A stretch of 64,000 bases of DNA from contig NC_091473.1 of assembly GCF_036971445.1 (NCBI RefSeq), positions 206,894,001 to 206,958,000 on the forward strand, in the 5' to 3' direction. The notes beneath the pieces are model-generated. The model was not told where the DNA came from and ran no database searches. It was given only the letters and a program-made list of their open reading frames with translations. This document shows positions 51,155-64,000 of the stretch, in pieces (the first letter of the stretch is position 1; each line of letters begins with the position of its first letter). This DNA comes from Narcine bancroftii. Taxonomy: Eukaryota. Made by a program: the position numbers and the translations under genes.

Positions 51155-51247
51155 GCTTTTCATCATTGACCTTGGACTTGTGTGGCTCTCTGACCAGAGA
51201 TATTTTTTCGAAGAGCCGCAGACCAACATTTAATAGTGACAACAGGT
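51155..51247 (+). pseudogene. Possible degenerate J segment (51183-51245) with weak 12-RSS
   Basis: GCTTTTCAT, 12 bp, ACTTGTG, then 63 nt ending ...HLIVTT G|GT (phase-1 donor). The FGxG motif is not intact and there is an in-frame TGA. Confidence 0.3.
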
Positions 51248-54200
51248 ACTGCGTTAATTCTGAGTTTGTGCATTCTCGTGGTATTGGACCCGTTCGAGCC
51301 CTAAGCACGTGCCTGTTGGTAAATTAATTGAACGTGGTCAATTGCTCCTAATGTGTAGGCGAGTGGTAGATCTTGGCTAAAGAGGGTCGATAGGAACACG
51401 GGAAGAATATAAAATAATAGATGGAATTAAAAATGATTTTGAATTGTTGACAGGGGCATACTTGGTGTGTTGCATTCTGTATTGACGTATAATCGTCCAT
51501 CTCAAACATCGTATATTAATATAGAAGGTTGTTATTCAACATGAATAGCATAGTCTCTTATTGTTTCCAACTCTGCGAGAGAGCCAGGGAGATACAAAGT
51601 CAAATTCATTACTCCTCCATCGAAGTATAGTGAGAAAGATATTCTGGCCTGCAATGCATCTAGCCAACCCAGAGATTGTTGAGAAATAAAAACACAGTCC
51701 AGATTTAGCGAGATACAGGGCCAACACAACATTATTTCATTTCCTTCAAACTGAAGAACTGACTTTTTACTAAATATAAGCAAACCATACTAGAAACACT
51801 GAAAACATCGGCGAGCATCAAGGGAAATACAGGTAACAAATGTGTTCTTAATGTCAGAGAATGTGGCATGTTGGAGGGATTATTTTCTGATCGGGGTCAG
51901 AACTAAATTCTCATCAACGTCAGCAATCAATAATGTCATCTGGTTGGCAGTTCAGTGAAGGCAGGTGGTGAAATAGAACATGGAGAAAGAACTTAAAAAG
52001 GTAAAGAAATAGGGATGGAGTGGAAGCATAGTGTACCCCGTGCTAAGTAGCGAAATGCAGAAGTTGAAAATGCTAAGTATGCAGCTTTTCCAACATGTGT
52101 ACGATAGGAAAGTAAAATTCTAAAACAATATTACAGATATCGTTGCATTATCAACAATGCATCCTTTTTTCCACACGCATTTGCTTCAACCGTTTACAAT
52201 GAAGATGAGTATTTTTCTTGCTACGAAGAGTCTGTGACCTGACGTGCCCACTATTGCTTCTCTTTCCAGACATGCTGCCTCACTCGTTGAATGTTTGCAG
52301 CAGATATATTTATGTCCATATTTCAGACATCTACAGACCGTTCTTGTTGTTTCATCACCATTTTCCATATTGGTGGATATAGAGGACTGATAAAGGTGAT
52401 GAGTTACGTATGGAGCCAATAAATGCATTCCAGCACCAAGAGGGATCGGGAGAGTTACGTCCACGTTTAAGCTTATTGTCACTTGCACCTTAGTACCTTC
52501 GTAAACTTAATTTGGAATACAATCCAGATATCTAACACCGTTGGTACTGGAGTAACCAAAACACAGTATAGAGTGAACTATTAGAATACAGCAGAGATGG
52601 CAGTGCAGGACATGCACCTGAGATCTGATGGATTTCTCCAATCATGACTTTTTCAACGGGATGGAGAGTGACACCATTAATTCGGAGACGTACGTCTACA
52701 TATTTAAAAATTCTAACGACGTTCATGTGAGCCATGAATTGGAAAGGACGGGCTTAAAAGTTCACTTACGCGAGGACGTTCGATAAGCCGTTAAAGATCG
52801 GCTGGAGTAACCAAAAAGTATGCATCCTTGTTGGCCAGAAAACGGTAAAGGAGTCGTGGTCTCAACAATGGCTAACGTGAGGATCTGGGCTGGCATTAAA
52901 AACAAAAACAAAAAAGGGATATATGAATTGGATATCAAAACAGAAAACCTGAGGACTGTGAAAAATTATAATTCATAAAATGGAGATGTCGGGTTTAAGT
53001 AAAAGAGAACAAATAAAGTTAGAGAGCAAATGTGCGGGGCACATAAAAAGTGACAGAAAAATTGGTTTCGATGTGTTAGCGAAAGAGGGGAACGGGTGTA
53101 TGTTGTACACCTGGCTTCCAGAAGGCATTGCATAAGATAACACATTTTTTTTTCATTATTCATAGAATAAGGAAGTTGGGGAAATGTATTAGTATAGGTA
53201 CAAAATGGTTATGGAATGGAAGGCGGCACTTTTGGAGGAACGGGTGTTTTATTCCTGTTCAGAATTCAGTGATGAGCTGTATCAAAGTGGTCGGTGCTAG
53301 GCTGGAAAATGTTCAGGGCATGCATAAAAGATTGGGAAGAGGGGTTCGAATATAGCTCCTAAATTTGTTAATCACGCTGAATTGAGTGGAAAGGAAAATA
53401 GTGTGGAAAATCGAGAGAATCTCCAGAGAAATGCAGATGGGTTAACAGAATGGGAAAGTGTCTTGCAGATGGAGTACAATGTAGCTAATCCGAAATCATC
53501 TGCTGTAGAAAAAATAATAGAAGATCAACTTCACAATTCTGTTAAATGTACAGATGATTATGTTTTAAATCTCCATCCAAGTTAAACGTTTTTAAAGGGT
53601 ACAATATTCTGTTACATTTGCAGATAAGAATCACAATGTGAAATTTGTGCCCAAAGTACCTCTTCAGAAGGGTAACATAAAGTGTCAAAAATAAATTTGA
53701 AAATAAATGGGGAAAACCTTTTTGTCCATTTTGCAATTATTGTAAGAAAGGTGCTCATGTGGTAGCGAGCTGTTTTTCCTTGAGGGAAAAGAAGTAACCA
53801 GCAGAACTAGATATTTGTATTCAGAGATGGAAGTAAAAAGGGAGCTGTTGGTTTAAAAAAGGAAGGAATTCAACTCTTTTGTGTCAGGAGAAAAGGGCGT
53901 ACTTGCTGTAAAGTATCCAATTATGTTTTGGGATGGATGGGGAATTGAGCAGACTAATTTAAATTCTATGACCTTGGAAAATGTAAACAAATGTTCTGAA
54001 CAGATTAATTTACAGGAAGCTTGTGATATACACCAGCAAGGAACAGGCTGTGAGAGGAAACAGACAGACTCTGAGATAGAAAGTGAGCCATCAGTCACTT
54101 AAAATATTTCTTTGTTACTTCATAACTCTAATTTTAAACTTGAAAATGAAGAATTTCTTCAAATCGGGATCAAATCAAGCTGACCAGTGGATGATATTTC

Positions 54201-54399
54201 ATTGTTATCAGGAAATGATTTGGCAGAGGATCTTGTTGTCCCTGCAGTGAAATAAACAGATAAGGCAGTCAGTGATGAAACAGACACAGATTTAGATATA
54301 TTCCTGGTGTGTGCAGTGACAATGACGATGGACAGGAAACTTGCCAGTGAGAAAGTGGTCTACAAAATAATTTAAAAAGGTTGTAAGTACGACAGTGAA

Positions 54400-55060
54400 G
54401 TAAACTTAATACATAAGTTCTGGTCTTGTCGAGCTCTTGAACCTTATTTGAGGGAGGGTTTTCATGTTTGGTCAATAATAGTCCGTGTTATTCTTGCTTC
54501 TAATCTTTTATCGTCTTTGGGTTGTTAGATAATATTAACGAGCTATTTTCTTCATCTATTCGTCAGGTTATGCTATTTACAAATCTTATGGTGCGAAGAG
54601 ATATCCTATATAGATGGAAACATCCTGTTCCATCTTCTAATATTCAGGGGTTATGTTATGTTTTGTCTTGCCCTAATCTAGAAAGGTTCAGGTGTTCCGC
54701 ATTGTGTGCACTTTCAGTATTTTAATTGACTATTTTTGTCCTTATTAAATCTGTTTGTCTTGATCATTGAATGTATTTATTTATTCTTGTACCTATTTTT
54801 CCCCCAGTTGGTAATGTTTTATAGATTCAGAAAAACTATATTGCCTTTAATTTTATGTCTAAACATCTCAAGTCTGTTCGGTAGGGGTTTAGATTTATTT
54901 TCTTTTTATTTCTTTTTTTTTGCCATTCTGACATAAGCTATGTATGGCTAGTGTTTTATTTTAGGAAAAGTAGTTATATTCTTTATATTTGGTAACATTG
55001 TGTTTCTATAAAATGTGTGCTTGTTCTATAGAACTCAATAAAAAGATTCAAAGAAAAGGG
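54400..55060 (+). mobile_element. L1 3' end fragment nested in the Gmr1 relic
   Basis: RRDILYRWKHPVPS..LSCPNLE C-terminal remnant, T-rich UTR, and AATAAA followed by an A-rich end. Confidence 0.55.
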
Positions 55061-56054
55061 GTCTGAAGTTTGTGACAGTCAAACTCAGCTGGAAAAATAC
55101 TTGTAACTATTCGGAGAAAAATCAATAGAAAAACAAAATAAAGTTACTGATCTTGCTGAAGTTAGAGCGAAAGGACTCTCCGATGAGGAAATTAAGAAAG
55201 TGCCATTTGGAACTTATTTTAATGAGGGTTGATTAATGAGAAAATAGAAATCATGTGAGATTATGTCAAATTAAGAATGAGCAGTTGTTCATCAAGTTGT
55301 AGTTCCTAAAGCCTGTGGGAATGAAATTTTAAACATAGCCTATAGTATACATGTAAAATTATGAAACTATTTTATTAGGTTAATTTAAGAAAAGATGTGA
55401 ATATATTTTGTAAGACCTCTCACCCTTGTAAAGTTGTGGCAAAATTTAATAAGGGTCCACTGTTGCACATTTAAATATTTTTCCTCTTTTTGAAGAACGT
55501 TTCTCTTAGGTAATTGTTGTCTGTGTTGGTCCAATGACCAAAGCAAAAGATGGAAATGAATATTTGTTGATCATTATGTGTTCAACTTCCAAGTTTCCTG
55601 AACCAATACTACTCAATAATATTAAAGCAAAAACTGTGTGTGGGGCTTTAGTTATTTAATTCACATAGTTTGGTTTGCCTATATAAATACAATCAGATCA
55701 GGGGAGTACTTTTATGTCGGGTGTATTTCAACAGTTAGTTTATAAATTGGGAGCTAAAGAAATTACATCATATGCATATCACCCAGATCTCAATGAGCTT
55801 TGGAGAGGTTCCATTCAACTTTAAAAACATTGATTATGACTTATTGTCCAGAGGTGAGAGGATTGGGATGAAAGTGTTCATTTCTTTTATTTGCAGTGAG
55901 GGATCCTTAGGTTTTAGTCTTGTTGAAATGGTATTTGGATATGAAGTTAAATAACCTGTACTTTTGTAAAAAGAACAGTGGGTTAATGAGTACATGCAGC
56001 TAAATTTGTTGGATTTTGTTTCAAAGTTTCGAGACCATTCAAAGCCCGTGTGTA

Positions 56055-57590
56055 AGGTAAGTCTCCTGGTCCTGATGGGATTTTTCCCAGGACCTTAAGT
56101 GAGGTCAGGGAGGCCCTGACAATGATGTTTCAATGGTCACTGGAGGAGGGTGTGGTGTTGCAGGATTTGCGGGTTGCAAACATGGATCTACCATTTAAAA
56201 AGGGTGCAAGGTGTAGGCCTAACTACTATCGGCCAATAAGTTTGATATCAATGGTGGGGAAAATAATAGAAGGAATTCTTAGGGATAATAGGTATAAATA
56301 TCTGGATAGGCAGGGATTGATCAGGAACACTCAACATGGGTTTGTAAGGGGAAAGTCCCGTTTGACAAATCTTGTTGAATTTTTGAAGATGTGACCAGAA
56401 TGGTTGATGAAGGTAAAGCAGTTAATGTGTTCGATTTGGATTTTAGTAAGGCTTTCGATAAGTTTCTGCATGGAAGGTTAGTGAAGGTTCAGTCTCTAGG
56501 GATTAATATAGAGATAGAAAAATGGGTTCAAAGGTGGCTGAAAGATAGGCACCAGAGATTCTTGGTGGACAACTATCGGTCAGGATGGAGGCTGGTGATG
56601 AGCGGTGTGCCTCAGGGATCGGTGTTAGGCACTTTGTTGTTCGTTATAAATATTAATGATTTGGATGACAGGGTGGTGAATTGGGTGAGTAAATATGGGG
56701 ATGATACAAAAATAGGGGGGGTTTAGGATTTTGAGGAGAGTTGTCATAGACTACAAAAGGATTTGGACTGTATGAACTGGAGGGATGAACGGTGGCAGAT
56801 GGAGGTTAATGTAGATAAGTGTGAGGTTCTTCAATTCGGGAAGAAAACCCAAATTATGACATATGCAGTAAAAGGGAGGGCATTGCTGAATGCTGAGGAA
56901 CAGAGAGATCTTGGAATAATGGTTCAAAGTTCATTGAAGGTGGATTCCCATGTAGATAGGGTGGTGAAGAAGGCTTTTTGAAAGCTGGCCTTTATAAATC
57001 ATAGCATAGAATATAGGATCTGGGAGGTAATGTTGAGGCTGTTTACGGCTTTGGTAAGGCCCGGTTTGGAGTATTGTGTGCAGTTCTCGACACCAGATTA
57101 TAGGAAGGATATAGAGGGTGCAAATAAAGTTTACAAAAATATTGCCTAGATTCCAGTATCTTGACTACAGAGAAAGATTGAGTAGACTGGGGCTTTATTC
57201 TCTGGAGTATAGAAGGTTGAGAGGGGATTTGATAGAAGAATTTAAAATTATGAAGATTAGATGTGAAAAGTCTCTTTCCCCTGAGGGTAAGGGAGATGAG
57301 AACAATGGGTCATAAGTTAAGGGTTAGGGGGGAAAACGTAGGAGTAACACAAGAGGATGCCTCTTCATTCAGAGAGTGGTGGCTGAGTGGAATTATCTAC
57401 CATTAAAGGTAATTGCTGCAGTGTCAATTCTGTCATTTAAGAGGAGGTTGGATGACTACATGGATGTGAGGGGGATGGAGGGTTATGGGCATGGGAGTGG
57501 GTAGGTGGAACTAGTGGAGTTCCATGTAAATCGGTGCAGACTAGAAGGGTTGATATGTCCAGTTACCTTACTATAAATTGTTATATGTTT
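56055..57590 (+). mobile_element. CR1 3' fragment (RT) nested in the Gmr1 relic
   Basis: KSPGPDG, QHGFVRGKS, LDFSKAFDK, GVPQGSVLG and YGDDTKIGG. Same family as 6960-9905. Confidence 0.92.
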
Positions 57591-58549
57591 AAAATTTAAG
57601 AGTGTTGAAGATCAAACGTCTGGAATGACATAGAAGTAAGAAACAAATTGAACCAGGGATTAAATTGCTAGTGCTGTTTTCAACAATTTCTAATTCTCTT
57701 CGGGAAAATTTTTCATGGCCTTATGAGATAGAATCTAAGGTGAGTGAAGATAATTACGTGGCTAAGACTTCTAATGGGAGATATAAAACACAGAGTTGCC
57801 ACGTTAACTGTTAAAACTTTATTGTGAAAATTTGGATGTACAGCAGAAACAACATTCAACTGAGATCTTTATCTTGAATAAAGTAAAAGATGGTGTGGAT
57901 CATGAAGTGATACCAGCAGATACATGTGAGATTCATTTTAAGATAACTTGTTTGATAAACATTTGAAAGACAATCTTGCTGTTAATCTAGTTAAGAGTGA
58001 ATTTGGTTATGTTCAGGTTACTTACCTTGTTTATGTTGTTGGCCAAGGAAAATTGCAGCATATTCAGGTTAAGGTTAATACAGTTTCTGAATTTCCTATA
58101 CCCACGAGTGAAAAAACTGTTAGAAGATTGCTGGGAATGGGGGAAATTTATTGGAAGTACTGTAAAAGCTTTGCAGACATTACTCTTCCCGTGAATAATA
58201 TTTTGATGAAGAATGGAAGTTTTATTTGAGAAACCACGTGCAAGAAAGCATTTAACAAACATGATTTTTAATAAAAGGATAACTCTGAAGATATTCATCT
58301 TTCAGTGGCTTATGTATCTAAGAAATCTCATTAAATCAAATCCAAAGGAATTATTCTACTATTTAAAAAGTATTATTGCCTTTTGTATTCACTTTAAAAC
58401 ATTTTGAAGTATATGTTTTCACTGCTGTGGAATCAATCATTGTCCATACTAATAATAATATGGTGGCATTTGAGAAATAATAAAAAGAGGAATGGGACAT
58501 AATTGAACTGCAGTTTAATTTTGCTTTGGTTTTCATTCATAAAAGGCAA

Positions 58550-58876
58550 GGGCAACGTCATTGTTGATTGAATTTCACGATGTTATATTTGCCTGTTTTG
58601 CATAGTATTATTTACGGTTTAATATTTACAAGAATGATTGTACTTTTAAATTTTTGACCATTTAGAAGTTCAAATTTATCTTGGTGGAAAGAGATGTGAC
58701 AAATGTGCTATGGGCAACGTCATTGTTGATTGAATTTCACGATGTTATATTTGCCTGTTTTGCATAGTATTATTTTAGGGTTTAATATTTACAAGAATGA
58801 TTGTACTTTTAAATTTTTGACCATTTAGAAGTTCAAATTTATCTTTGTGGAAAGAGATGTGACAAATGTGCTATGG
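58550..58876. repeat. About 163-bp tandem duplication spanning the pol end, PPT and LTR start
   Basis: GGGCAACGTCATTGTTGATTG...AAATGTGCTATGG occurs twice, near identical. Confidence 0.9.
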
Positions 58877-60899
58877 AATATTTGCATTCTTCAGACACAC
58901 ATGGTTATTTTCACCTAGTACCTGGATTCAGCATCAACAAAAGCATTTGCATTTTAAACATCAGTTATCACAGAAGACCGTTTGAAAGCTGAAGCGTATG
59001 CTGTGGCATTGCAAGAAGTTATGGAGGATTATTATGATGTCTCTTGAGATTGGTGGAACAATGGATTATTTGTTTTTTTAGTACATTCCAGACAGCCCGG
59101 AAATAGGAGAGAAACAACAAACAAAGTTAATTACTTTGATTCTGTAAGTAAGTGGACATAGATGCAGTCAACACATAAGTGTCAAGAGAAATTATGGACT
59201 TCAAACAAAGAAATGGTGTTGCATACCATGTAAAATGAGAGATTTTCAATAAATATGTTATCAAAATGAGAGACAAAGATGTCAGTTTAAGGGAATTCGC
59301 CGTCCTGTTCAGACAAGATTGAAAACAGCAATATATCCCACAGACGGGGAAGAGCCTATGCTACTCCTGAAAAGAAGATCACGGAATAAGTGGCTTTGAA
59401 ATAAATAAGCCAACTTCTGACTCTCTCTTTAAGATAAAGAGGGCAGTTGCATTGTTTGGAATCTTCATTCAAGTCAAGAAAAGAGTAGTGTGAAGAAATT
59501 ATTTCTGAAAGACAAATCATCAAAAGAAATTTAAGTTAAAGAGGAATGAAGGTGTGATTTTTAAAAACGCTTCATAATTATTTCTGAACTGAAAATGTAA
59601 GACCTTCAAGCAAGACCAAAATTATGCTAAGGTTTTAAATCGGCTTTTCAGAGTTTGTGATGCTAGCACGCACACACGAATGTTTTCCTTCGTGCATAGT
59701 GGGTGTTTAATTTAGGTTTTAAGTTAGAGATATGTAAGAAGTGTCATGTTATTGTTGGTTTAATTAAAATCTGTTATTTTGAATTTACCATCAGGTGATG
59801 AGGTTTTTCCATTACTGTTCCTTTATTAGTGCTAACAAAGTCTTTTTAGTCCCTAACAATGTTGAGAGGGTTGTTAGTTCGTAACAATCAGTTTCTTACT
59901 TAAATGCCGTTGCTCAGTTGGAGTTGGGGTGTTTGTGCATAAATGCAAAAGTTGTCCTGCAGAGGCAAAAGGTAATCAAGAATATAAATTGAATCTTTCT
60001 TTTCTTGCTGGAAAGATGGAATTAATTTCAGACCGTAGAGAAACTTGTATCATGGCACACGGTACTGGTATGCTGCATCTGGCATTCTCTGTGCAGTTCT
60101 GACCTCCTTGTGTGAGATATGATTTGTGATTTTGTAGACCATGCAGAGTAAATTGGCCAGTTAATTCAGGTGATAAGAGGGTTAGCATGTAAAAAATTTT
60201 TGAGTTTCTAAGACATATACGTGCTCTAATGTGAAAGAATAAGATGGGATCTCAAAGATACGTAGCAAAATATAGCTTGTATAGACAAGATAGAGGTAGC
60301 AAAGTTTCCACTGCTTGGTGGGAAGAGAACTAAAGGACATCGCCTCAATATTCATGGAAGAACAGAAAGACGTAAGAACTGAATTTCACAGAAAGAAGTA
60401 AATCAGTGGAATTCTCTGTCCAAAGTAAATTTAGAGACTCTCTCATAAACTGCATTTAAGATTATAGATTTTTTTCCAATGGGTGAATTGATAGCAAAAG
60501 AGGAAAGACGAGTATGTGGACTGCAAAACGACTCTATCAACTATAATGTCATTTAATGTCGAAGATGGATCTATGGTTCCAATGTCATGATTTTATTTCT
60601 TATGTCTTGCTCTCATGTGAGATTGATTTAAGGGAAACAGTCATCGAGTCTTCAGATTGGAGGTGCGGGGACGAGGAAGAGATTGTTTTCATTTATCCCC
60701 GTTATTATTATATTTTTTATTAGTACTGTATGGTTTTTTCACCAATCTACTCCTAAATATTTTGTTTGCATTTTTTGCTGAAAGACTGCCATCTGCTGTT
60801 TGAACATTGTTTGTACAGATGGAACAATCTTCCAGTTGTGGATTATTTTTATTGTTCTTAATTTTATTTGTAAATTCATCATTTTAATCAATTGAAAAT

Positions 60900-63360
60900 A
60901 TGGCTAATTCTATTAATTTTCTTAGCTGGAATGTGAAAGGCCTGAACTATCCAGTGAAACGGAGGGATATATTTTTACATATAAAGCAACAAAGCCACAA
61001 TTGCATTTTTACAAGAGAAACATATTCGTTCTTATGATAACTCTTGTGTCAGGGTGCAGTGGAGGGAGAAGCATTATTATTCTTCCTTTCAAAATAAAGC
61101 TTGTCAATCAAAACATTCCATTTGATAAGTACATTGTCGTATTAGACACAAATGCTCGTTAAATCAGTGCTTTTTTTCTAAGATTAATAATGCTGGTGTT
61201 TTTTTTTATATTGTTTTCTTCTTTCCCTGACTTGAGTCCACACTCTCTAGTCTTTATTGAGTGCTTAATTGTGGGTTAAACTCTTTTGTAGATCATTCAT
61301 CTGTTATCTCTGCAAAATGAAATTCGTCCACTTCGTTGATTCATTCTTTTTTTTAATCAGATTGTGATATTTCTGATATTTGGTGCATTTTTAATTCTAA
61401 AAGCAAACTATATTCATTTTCCTCTCATATGGTCATCATACTTTTTCATGGATTGATTTTCTTTTTGATAATTAATCCAAAAACTCATTCTTGTGACTAC
61501 CATAGCATTGTAATATCGGATCACGCCCTTGTTATATTATCAATGATTATTCATAATCGCCTTTAAACAAAAAGATATTGGCCTTTCAATTCACCTTTAT
61601 TCTCAGAAAGTGATTTTCTGAAATATATGGAAGATCAGGTAACTTTTATTTTGACATTAATGTCGTATTGGGAACTTCCAGTTTGGTTGTTTGAGATACC
61701 TTGAATGCCTTTCTTAGACGAAAATTTATTTCTTATATTGTTAATTAAAAAACGAAGGCTAATAAATAAATATTATGATTAATTAATCAAATTAAACAAA
61801 TAGATAAACAATATGCTCAAATTAAAATTCTACATTTATATAAAAAGCGAATTGATCTTAAAATTAAATTTGATCTTCTTCCAATATATCCAATTCAATG
61901 GCAACTCCTGAAGACCAAGATTCAGTTATCTGTTCACAATAATAAATTGTGCAAGCTTTTAGCCAATCAATTCATAGCATTTGGAGCTAAGTGACAAATT
62001 ATCAACATTCATAAGGATAATGGTAAAATTACTTGAGATCATTTGGAGAGAAGCAATATATTTCCAAAATTTTACTCTTGACTTTATACTTCTGCAGGTA
62101 CAAACTATAATAGATTGATGATGAATTAGCTTGAACGGCTAAATATTCCCATGATCTCCTTGGATAATTCAATAAATTAGATGTGCCTGAATCATGTAAG
62201 GAAATAATCTTGATGCTATTTCCTCATTAAAATTTAGAAAGTCTCAGGGACCCAATGGGCTTCCAGTGGGGGTTTTCAAATAATTTTATCATTCTTTCTC
62301 ATCTAACTTAGTTGCGGTGTTATCATATTCTTTACAGCAGGGTGGCTTCCAGAATAATTTAATGAAGCCTCTGTATGTGTGTTTTAGGAAAGAATGGTTA
62401 AGATACAACCGAATGTTCCTCCTATATATTCATTTATTTAATGCATGCCGATGTTAAAATTCGAGCTACGGTTTTTGCCACTAGAATGGAGAATATTTTA
62501 CCAGTAATTATTTCTGAAACAGACCACTTTATGACAAATCGTGATCCATCTTTTAATGTACATCGCTTATTGAATATTCTTCATTTTTCCTCTGCTGAGG
62601 CTCCTGAATTAGTCTTTCTCTAGATGCAGAAAGATGTTTGATCGGGTAGAATGGTTCTATTTTTTCATGATCTATAAAAGAAATTGGTCCTGGTTTAATT
62701 ATATGGAATAAATTATTGTATTCATGCAGACCAGCGTCAGTTCTTACCAACGTACAACTGCCACAACCTTTTGATCTTCAATGTGGCACTCGACAAAGAT
62801 GCCCTTTAAGTCCATTACTTTTTGATTTGGCTATTGAGTTACTCGCGATTACATTTAGAGAGGGTAAGGATATTTCAGGGATATGGAGAAAAGGAATTGA
62901 ATATAAAGTTTCTCTTTACGAAGATAAACTTTATTTTGCATTTCATGCCCTGATGCCTCTTTACCCTTTTTATTGTCATTACCTTCAAAATGTTGTCAGT
63001 TTTCAAATTATAAATGAACATAAAAGTGAACTTTTTTCCTTTGAACTCACCTTCATCAATATATGCTAGTTTTCCTTTTAAGATTGTTAGAAATATATTT
63101 AGAAATATATTTCCTTACGTTGGTATTAAAATGACAAAGAATTATAAGCATCGTTTTGAGGAAAAATTATTAACTATGTTAAAGCAATTGAAATAGTCTT
63201 TAACACAATGATCGCCTATATATTTATTTGATCGTATTAATTCCATTAAAATAAATATTTTAACCAACTTGTATATATCTTTTTCAATCAATAAATACCA
63301 ATATCTATCTCTAAATCTTTTTTAACCGCTTGGTTCGGCTGTATTGTCTTATTTATGGGA
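60900..63360 (+). mobile_element. Decayed L1 ORF2, interrupted by the ERV LTR
   Basis: MANSINFLSWNVKGLN, ISDHA, GTRQRCPLSPLLF and KVSLYED. Many stops. Confidence 0.85.
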
Positions 63361-63366
63361 GTGTAG

Positions 63367-64000
63367 TGTTAGGTCTGCTTTGTTCGAGAATGAATGAGTC
63401 AGACACCAGACTGAGTCGAAATCAAGGTTCTTTATTTCCGGATTGTAACATTTGCAACTAACAGTGTTAGTTGAAGAAGGCGCATTCTCCCGATATCAGC
63501 AAGTGGTGTTTTTTTTATACCTCAGGACATGCACTTAGTAAATTATCATACCATTACATTGTCCAATGAATAAGCTGTTGCTACCCTTCTCTGTTAGTCT
63601 GCTGCTCATCAGCTTGTTATTGCCAAACTTATCTTGAGCGTACAAGGTCACACCTGCATTCCTGTTACTCCTTAGTACTGGGTGACTCTTTCTCCGGTCC
63701 AAACTCATGATGTTTTTACCTTACAATCCCTCCTTTGTCCTCTTTAGATTATCTCCTGTCGTGTAGCACCGCTTTTCATCCATTCCTCTTTCTCACTTGG
63801 GCTAGCTTTTTCCTGTATTTCTATCAGGTGTTCAATATTTGGTGGGGGTCCCTCTCCCTCCTTCTCCTTTTAGTCACTCAACTTACTCCTATTTTCTCTT
63901 CTCTCTAATTACTCTTTTTTGCCATGGGACCTCAGAATCATCCCCTGTATAGGTTCTTGATATCCAGTAACCTGTTTGGCTGCTCTGTCAGCCGCCGTAT
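63367..64000 (-). mobile_element. Endogenous retrovirus 3' end: LTR 63367-63725, PPT and pol remnant
   Basis: 359-bp TGTAAGG...CCTAACA LTR with TATAAA (near 63515) and then AATAAA (near 63433) on the minus strand. PPT AAAGGAGGGAT. Upstream frame TAADRAAKQ resembles the retroviral RNase H end. Confidence 0.7.

Larger units (their letters stand above)
53590..59886 (+). mobile_element. Second, heavily decayed Gmr1-like element with 3' LTR (58858-59886)
   Basis: CCHC knuckle CNYCKKGAHVVASC at 53732 and PVDDISLLSGNDLA..PAV (homologous to the first element). Integrase remnants at 55200-56040 precede RT/RH remnants (57948-58229). Purine tract followed by TGTGACA...GTAACA. Confidence 0.8.

Noticed and set aside
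50720-53350. Search for a TCR constant exon or intact J segments downstream of the Ds
   Set aside because: No C1-set motif and no intact FGxG/WGxG with a donor was seen. The region is mostly decayed SINE and CR1 remnants.

Overview
Vertebrate genomic DNA, most likely from a cartilaginous fish (inferred from the repeat families: CR1 LINEs, tRNA-derived SINEs, RTE, L1, Gmr1-type Gypsy). It has three N gaps, and most of the window is transposon-derived, often nested. The host content is part of an antigen-receptor locus of T-cell receptor alpha/delta type. It includes one apparently intact V gene on the minus strand (leader exon 17923-17989, V exon 16311-16611, 23-bp-spacer RSS). On the plus strand there is one intact 12/23-RSS D segment (41580-41589), a second decayed 12/23 D (43031-43041) and a weak J-like remnant (51183-51245). 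The V faces away from the D segments, so joining it to them would require an inversion of about 25 kb. Mobile elements: a near-intact CR1 ORF2, a full-length L1 with a templated inverted insertion at its 5' junction, a 5'-inverted RTE insertion with an 11-bp TSD, two Gmr1-like Gypsy elements with INT-before-RT order, a CpG-rich hAT non-autonomous element, a solo LTR, and the 3' end of an internally deleted endogenous retrovirus. No database searches were run. Family assignments rest on motifs read by eye, and boundaries of decayed repeats are approximate.
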